A stretch of 64,000 nt of DNA, from the NCBI RefSeq assembly GCF_018977255.1, contig NW_024704743.1, positions 59,832,001 through 59,896,000 on the forward strand. The letters are read 5' to 3'. Source of the stretch: Callorhinchus milii. Lineage: Eukaryota. The notes below the pieces were generated by a model. The model was given only the letters and a program-made list of their open reading frames with translations. It did no database searches and had not been told where the DNA came from. Made by a program: the position numbers and the translations under genes. Shown one piece after another: positions 59,670 to 64,000 of this stretch (positions within the stretch are counted from its first letter, which is position 1; every line of letters begins with the position of its first letter).

Positions 59670-59957
59670 TTTGCAATGGATACATGATTGGCTGACCTAT
59701 AGAACCCAGAGGGTGGTGGTACAGGGAATATCATCAGGCTGAGAGAATGTTACCAGTGGAGTTCCACAGGGGTCTGTTTTGGGACCTTTTTTATTTAATA
59801 TCTTCATAAATAATCTGGAGCAAGCACAGTAGTTAAATTTGCAGATGACACAGTATATAGCTTGGGTTATGACATGTATATGCGACTGCCAGGATGGTGG
59901 AAGTCAAACTAGATGGACCTTTGTCTTATTTCGCCTAGCAAATTTTATGTTCTTATG
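59670..59957 (+). mobile_element. CR1 RT core fused directly to its 3'UTR (internal deletion)
   Basis: WIHDWLTYRTQRVVVQG...VTSGVPQGSVLGPFLFNIFIN...KFADDT, then a 3'UTR matching 57661-57815. Confidence 0.88.
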
Positions 59958-60440
59958 TGAAAGGTGGTATATAAATGTAAATTTGTATTGTGTTGTAATG
60001 ATTTTAAGTTGAATGTCTAAAGGTATAGTCCAAGTTTATTATTGTTCTCAATGAGACCTGAGTCCAAGGAAAGTAGTTTACACATGTGTGAATTAAGCAC
60101 CTGTGCAGAATTCCTTGAAGCGGCAGCAAATGTTGGTTAATTATTGAAGAATATGGAGTATGGCCAGCTCCCAACACCAGCAATGTCACAAATCTGGTGC
60201 ATTAACCCTGGAACAGATAAAGATCTTTTTAGTTAAAAGAGTAAACATATTTATATCGGAATGTTAACACTGATCAACAGTCTCTGGAAGGTCTTTCAAC
60301 AACAACAATAAATTATATTTGTAAAGCGTCTTTGACGTCAGGAGGATGTCCCAAGGCACTAAACATTCAGGGATTTGCGGTAAAATAAAAGACAATCCGA
60401 ATGGAGCTCCTTAATTACCACCACAACAAGGTCATTATTG

Positions 60441-60586
60441 GCCTCAGATCCAGTGTGTATGCACACCAAGCCTTAGATCCAGTGTGTACTCACACCGAGC
60501 CTCAGATCCAGTGTGTACACACACTAAGCCTCAGATCCAGTGTGTACTCACACCGAGCCTCAGATTCAGTGTATACTCACACCGAG
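60441..60586. repeat. Minisatellite, 5 x 29 bp (gcctcagatccagtgtgtactcacaccga)
   Basis: Units start at 60441, 60470, 60499, 60528 and 60557; no spacers. Confidence 0.95.
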
Positions 60587-60634
60587 TTGCAATAAAACAT
60601 GATAGAAATATAATAATAATGTATTAAATTTAAT

Positions 60635-61008
60635 TAAGAAATGGATTGACTTCAAGGTCCTCACTCTCACATTTCAAACGCTCCACATCCTAGTATCTCC
60701 CTATCTCTCTGATCTGTTCAGACCCCACTCCTCTGCTGCCCCCTCCACTCAGTTAATACAAGCCTGCTGTGCATCCCTGTCCTCTCCTCCATCGGTGGCT
60801 GAGCCTTCAGTCACTATGCCCTCTTCTCTAGAACTCCCTGCCTCTACCCCTCTGCCTTGTCCCCTTTCTATCTCTCTTTAAATCCCACTTTAGAACCTAC
60901 TTCTTCAATCAGTTCTACATTCCGCTCCACTTTTCCCTCTCCCTTGCTCGGCATCCAACACCACCACTATCAAGTGCTCCAATATGTTATTATAAATACA
61001 AGTTGTTT
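60635..61008 (+). mobile_element. Degraded L2 3' end
   Basis: IDFKVLTLTFQTLH...IGG.AFSHYA; tail 'tataaatacaagttgttt'. Confidence 0.78.
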
Positions 61009-61194
61009 TAGAGGAGCAAACGTCCAGTTGGAGAATGCTGTGCAGCGTCTGCAGCCTAAAGTTGATAAAGTCAAGTGGTGTCAGATATGTTTGGCCCAAG
61101 ACAGCCTGAGAGATGATAAGTCTCTGAGTTGATCTAACATTGTCAAGGACATACGATCCAAGAGACCATATGTCTCATTCTGGAGAAAAGCAGT

Positions 61195-61402
61195 TTTATG
61201 GCCGAACACAGCAGGTTGCACACAACAATGTCCTACAAACAGCCATGGAATGAATGATCAATTTTATTTGGGAGATTGTCGGCCAGGACACCAAGAGAAT
61301 CCCCCTTCTCTTTTTGAATAGTGCCATGGGATCTTTAACCTCCACCTGAATAGGCAGACATGCAACTTATAAATTTTACAGCTTAACATCTCATCCGAAG
61401 GA
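61195..61402 (-). mobile_element. Deu-type SINE fragment
   Basis: 'gttgcacacaacaatgtcctacaaacagc...tagtgccatgggatctttaacctccacctgaataggcagac'. Confidence 0.8.
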
Positions 61403-62531
61403 TACATCGGGCCTTCAAACAGCATAAGGCATTCCACAGCTTACCGCGCTGCCTCCTGAGCAGATAGATCCAGCGGAGTCAACCACTGCATCCCTTGTAC
61501 AAGACATAGCTATAGGTGGTCAGGATCCCAATCCACCACCATGAAGAAGTAGACAGTGTTGCTGTGGGAAAAGGAAGCAAAACCATAGCACACTGATGGG
61601 AGGCACACTCTTAGTGTATGTCTATACTTTTATGTTTTAACTTTTTGTAGAAAAATTATATTGATAATTTTTGATAACATTTAATTTTTGTAGTATTATA
61701 TAAAAGGCAGATTACAATATTTATTTGAATAAATTATTGTTATTTTAACCAGGTTTTCTCTGTGTCTTTTTTATACCACAGTCCAATTCTCACCAGCATC
61801 TCCACCCTCCCACCCCACATCCCCAATGCTGAACACAGTGACAACTTAAAATCATAAGTTGTGTCTATTCTGTAGGTGCAAAAATGCACATCTGTTCCCA
61901 AAGGCATTTTGAAATTCCAGAACGTCTGCCCTTCAATACTCCTCTTTGTTCTCCAGTGAAGTGTTTGATACTGTATGACTGTTCCTACTGCCATATTTAT
62001 ACACTTCTGGAGTGTAATGGAAGTGTATGGAAAAAGACCCAAATTTTGCATCAACTCTGCTATCTTACACACTTTAGGTGAAATCGAGGGGCTGACCTGC
62101 ATTGAATTCATGTAACATTTTTGTGTTTTATGCCAAAAATAATGATCTATGGAATTTGGTATGTATTTTTATAAAATAAGTCTTAAAATTTACCCCAAAT
62201 TCTGTTAATTTTGAATTATTTTGTTGATAGAGCATTTATGGCTAGAAATGTCATAAGATTCTCTATCAGTGGGCCAATGTTCTACCCTTTTTATTGATCA
62301 AGTGACCTAGGCCCCCAAAGCCTTGAGATAAGGTCAGATAAAGAGTTCCTTTTTTGGCCATCGGTTTTGCCCTTTCCTCAGCAGAGCAATTTAGAAAATA
62401 AATATGAAATAAAAGAAATTAAAACCCACTTTTGGTTGCAAAGTTACAATACAAAATCATGTTTGCTTCAAAATAAGAAAAGGCTGACAGCTGGATGTGA
62501 AAGGGAGAAGACCCTTACCAGGAGAAATGTT

Positions 62532-62545
62532 CTGCCACCTAGTGG
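62532..62545 (-). promoter_or_regulatory. CTCF consensus motif (CCACTAGGTGGCAG)
   Basis: Plus strand ctgccacctagtgg matches the core consensus; upstream 'ggcaatatc' resembles the ZF9-11 module. Lies in non-repeat sequence. Confidence 0.55.
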
Positions 62546-62599
62546 TTGATATTGCCAGCAATAGTTAAGGAACACCGCAAAGGTTGCTCTTTACATGCC

Positions 62600-63009
62600 A
62601 GTACTCTCTGAGACAGAAGGTTATGGGTTCAAGACCCATGTTGGGATGTTGAGCTCGCAGTCTAAACTCAGTGCATTGCTGGGGGTGGGCTGGATTGTCA
62701 GAGGTACCATAATTCAGATGAAACTTGAAAGTACAGTATTGTCTGCCTGTTCAGGTGGATGTTAACAAATTTGCGACACCATTTTGAATAGAGACGGAGT
62801 TTATCCTGGTGTCCTAGCCAACAATCCTGCAAATACAATTGATCATTCACTTCATTGCTGTTTGTGGAACATTGTGCTCTGCTAAGTAGCTGCTGCATTT
62901 GCCGACAATACAGTCACTATTACTCTACAGTAAATCCCATGAAATACTTTGAGATTTTTCAAAGTTGTAATAAGATGCTATGTCAAATATAGGAAATTAT
63001 TATTATTAT
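62600..63009 (+). mobile_element. Deu-type SINE, near full length
   Basis: 'ctctgagacagaaggttatgggttcaagaccc...gtctgcctgttcaggtggatgttaa...tttgtggaacattgtgc...attattattat'. Confidence 0.85.
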
Positions 63010-63229
63010 CACAACAACTTGCGGTGTTGAGTATAAAACATTAAACAGTCATTAAGTGTTGGCGCCCTTCTTCTGGAGAGCACCCCCCCACCCCCCTCAG
63101 ATCAGGAATCTGACACCAGTTTTCATTTGAATGCAGAGAATTTTAAGTTACAATCATCTTAATCTTAATCTTCTGAATCACAGCTAAATATGCCCTTTCT
63201 CTTCCCCCCAGGTACCAGTTTTATAAGAT

Positions 63230-63578
63230 TATCTTTAAAATAATAAAGGGATTCGATAGGGTAGAAACTATTTCCTCTGGTAGGGGAATCCAGAAGAAGG
63301 GACCATCACCTTAAAATTAGAGCAAGGCATTTAGGAGTGAAATTAGGAGGCAGTTTTTCACCCAAAGGGTAGTGGAAATCTGGAACACTTTCCCAAAAGG
63401 CTGTGGATGCTGGATCCACTCACATCTTCAAAACTGAGGTAGATAGGTATTTGTTAGGTCTAGATATTAAGGGATACCGGGCAACAGCGAGTAATTGGTT
63501 TTGAGATGTAGATCAGCCATGATCTTATAAAATGGCAGAACAGGCTCGAGGGGCTGAATGGCCTACTCCTGTTTCTAT
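63230..63578 (+). mobile_element. CR1 (HER1-like) LINE 3' end
   Basis: FKIIKGFDRV...LFPLVGESR.RDHHLKIRA...RRQFFTQRVVEIWN; 3'UTR 'ggctcgaggggctgaatggcctactcctgtttctat'. Confidence 0.9.
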
Positions 63579-64000
63579 CTGCAGTGAAAAAGCAGCACAA
63601 AATATCGAATACATAGCTTGGTAAATAGGGAAAACAATCAGATAATATGGTTTTGCAGACCTACTTCCAGGTCAAGTTGCTACAAAGTATGAGATGTTCC
63701 TCCTTTATCACTGTAACTTACAAAATTCAAACATTATTTGGCTGTCGCTGGTTGACTTTCAACGTTATTTGAGTTTAATGGCCTGGTAAGAAGGTATTTA
63801 CTTTTTATTCAGATGCTCAAATGCTGAAATCCCAGGCCACTCTGAATCCTAAATCGGTCAGAAACACTGGGTTATGAGTCTTATCTTTTCTTAGTCAAGA
63901 CTTCAGATGCAGTTAGCGTCTCATAATAACAGTTATCGAGCTTGGGGGAATTAAAAACAGACGTTGCCTGTCTCAGCTCACTTGGAGCCTGCCTGCTCTG

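Noticed and set aside
60441..60586. CRISPR array
   Set aside because: Palindromic 29-bp repeats are directly adjacent with no unique spacers; no cas genes; eukaryotic context.

Overview
This is AT-rich, non-coding vertebrate genomic DNA, most likely from a cartilaginous fish. The repeat set suggests a chimaera such as Callorhinchus: a young tRNA-Ala-headed SINE with an L2-type tail, older Deu-domain (SacSINE1-like) SINEs, and L2, CR1 and Penelope remnants. This assignment is inferred from remembered repeat families, not from a search. I can recognise no cellular protein-coding gene and no true tRNA, rRNA or CRISPR array. The ORFs I can assign are retroelement frames; the rest look like chance ORFs. 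The window reads as a large intron or gene desert: nested retroelements separated by repeat-poor islands that look like promoter or enhancer sequence. Most notable: (1) an unclassified ~600-bp poly(A)-ended retroposon present in five copies; (2) a Penelope terminus with a decayed minimal hammerhead ribozyme; (3) a repeat-poor island at ~4.5-8.5 kb with candidate divergent first exons; (4) several candidate spliced exons, including a 9-nt microexon; (5) a visible SINE head-swap/tail-swap series; (6) a double-hairpin MITE-like element; (7) a convergent pair of CTCF-like motifs. Element boundaries are read by eye and are approximate.
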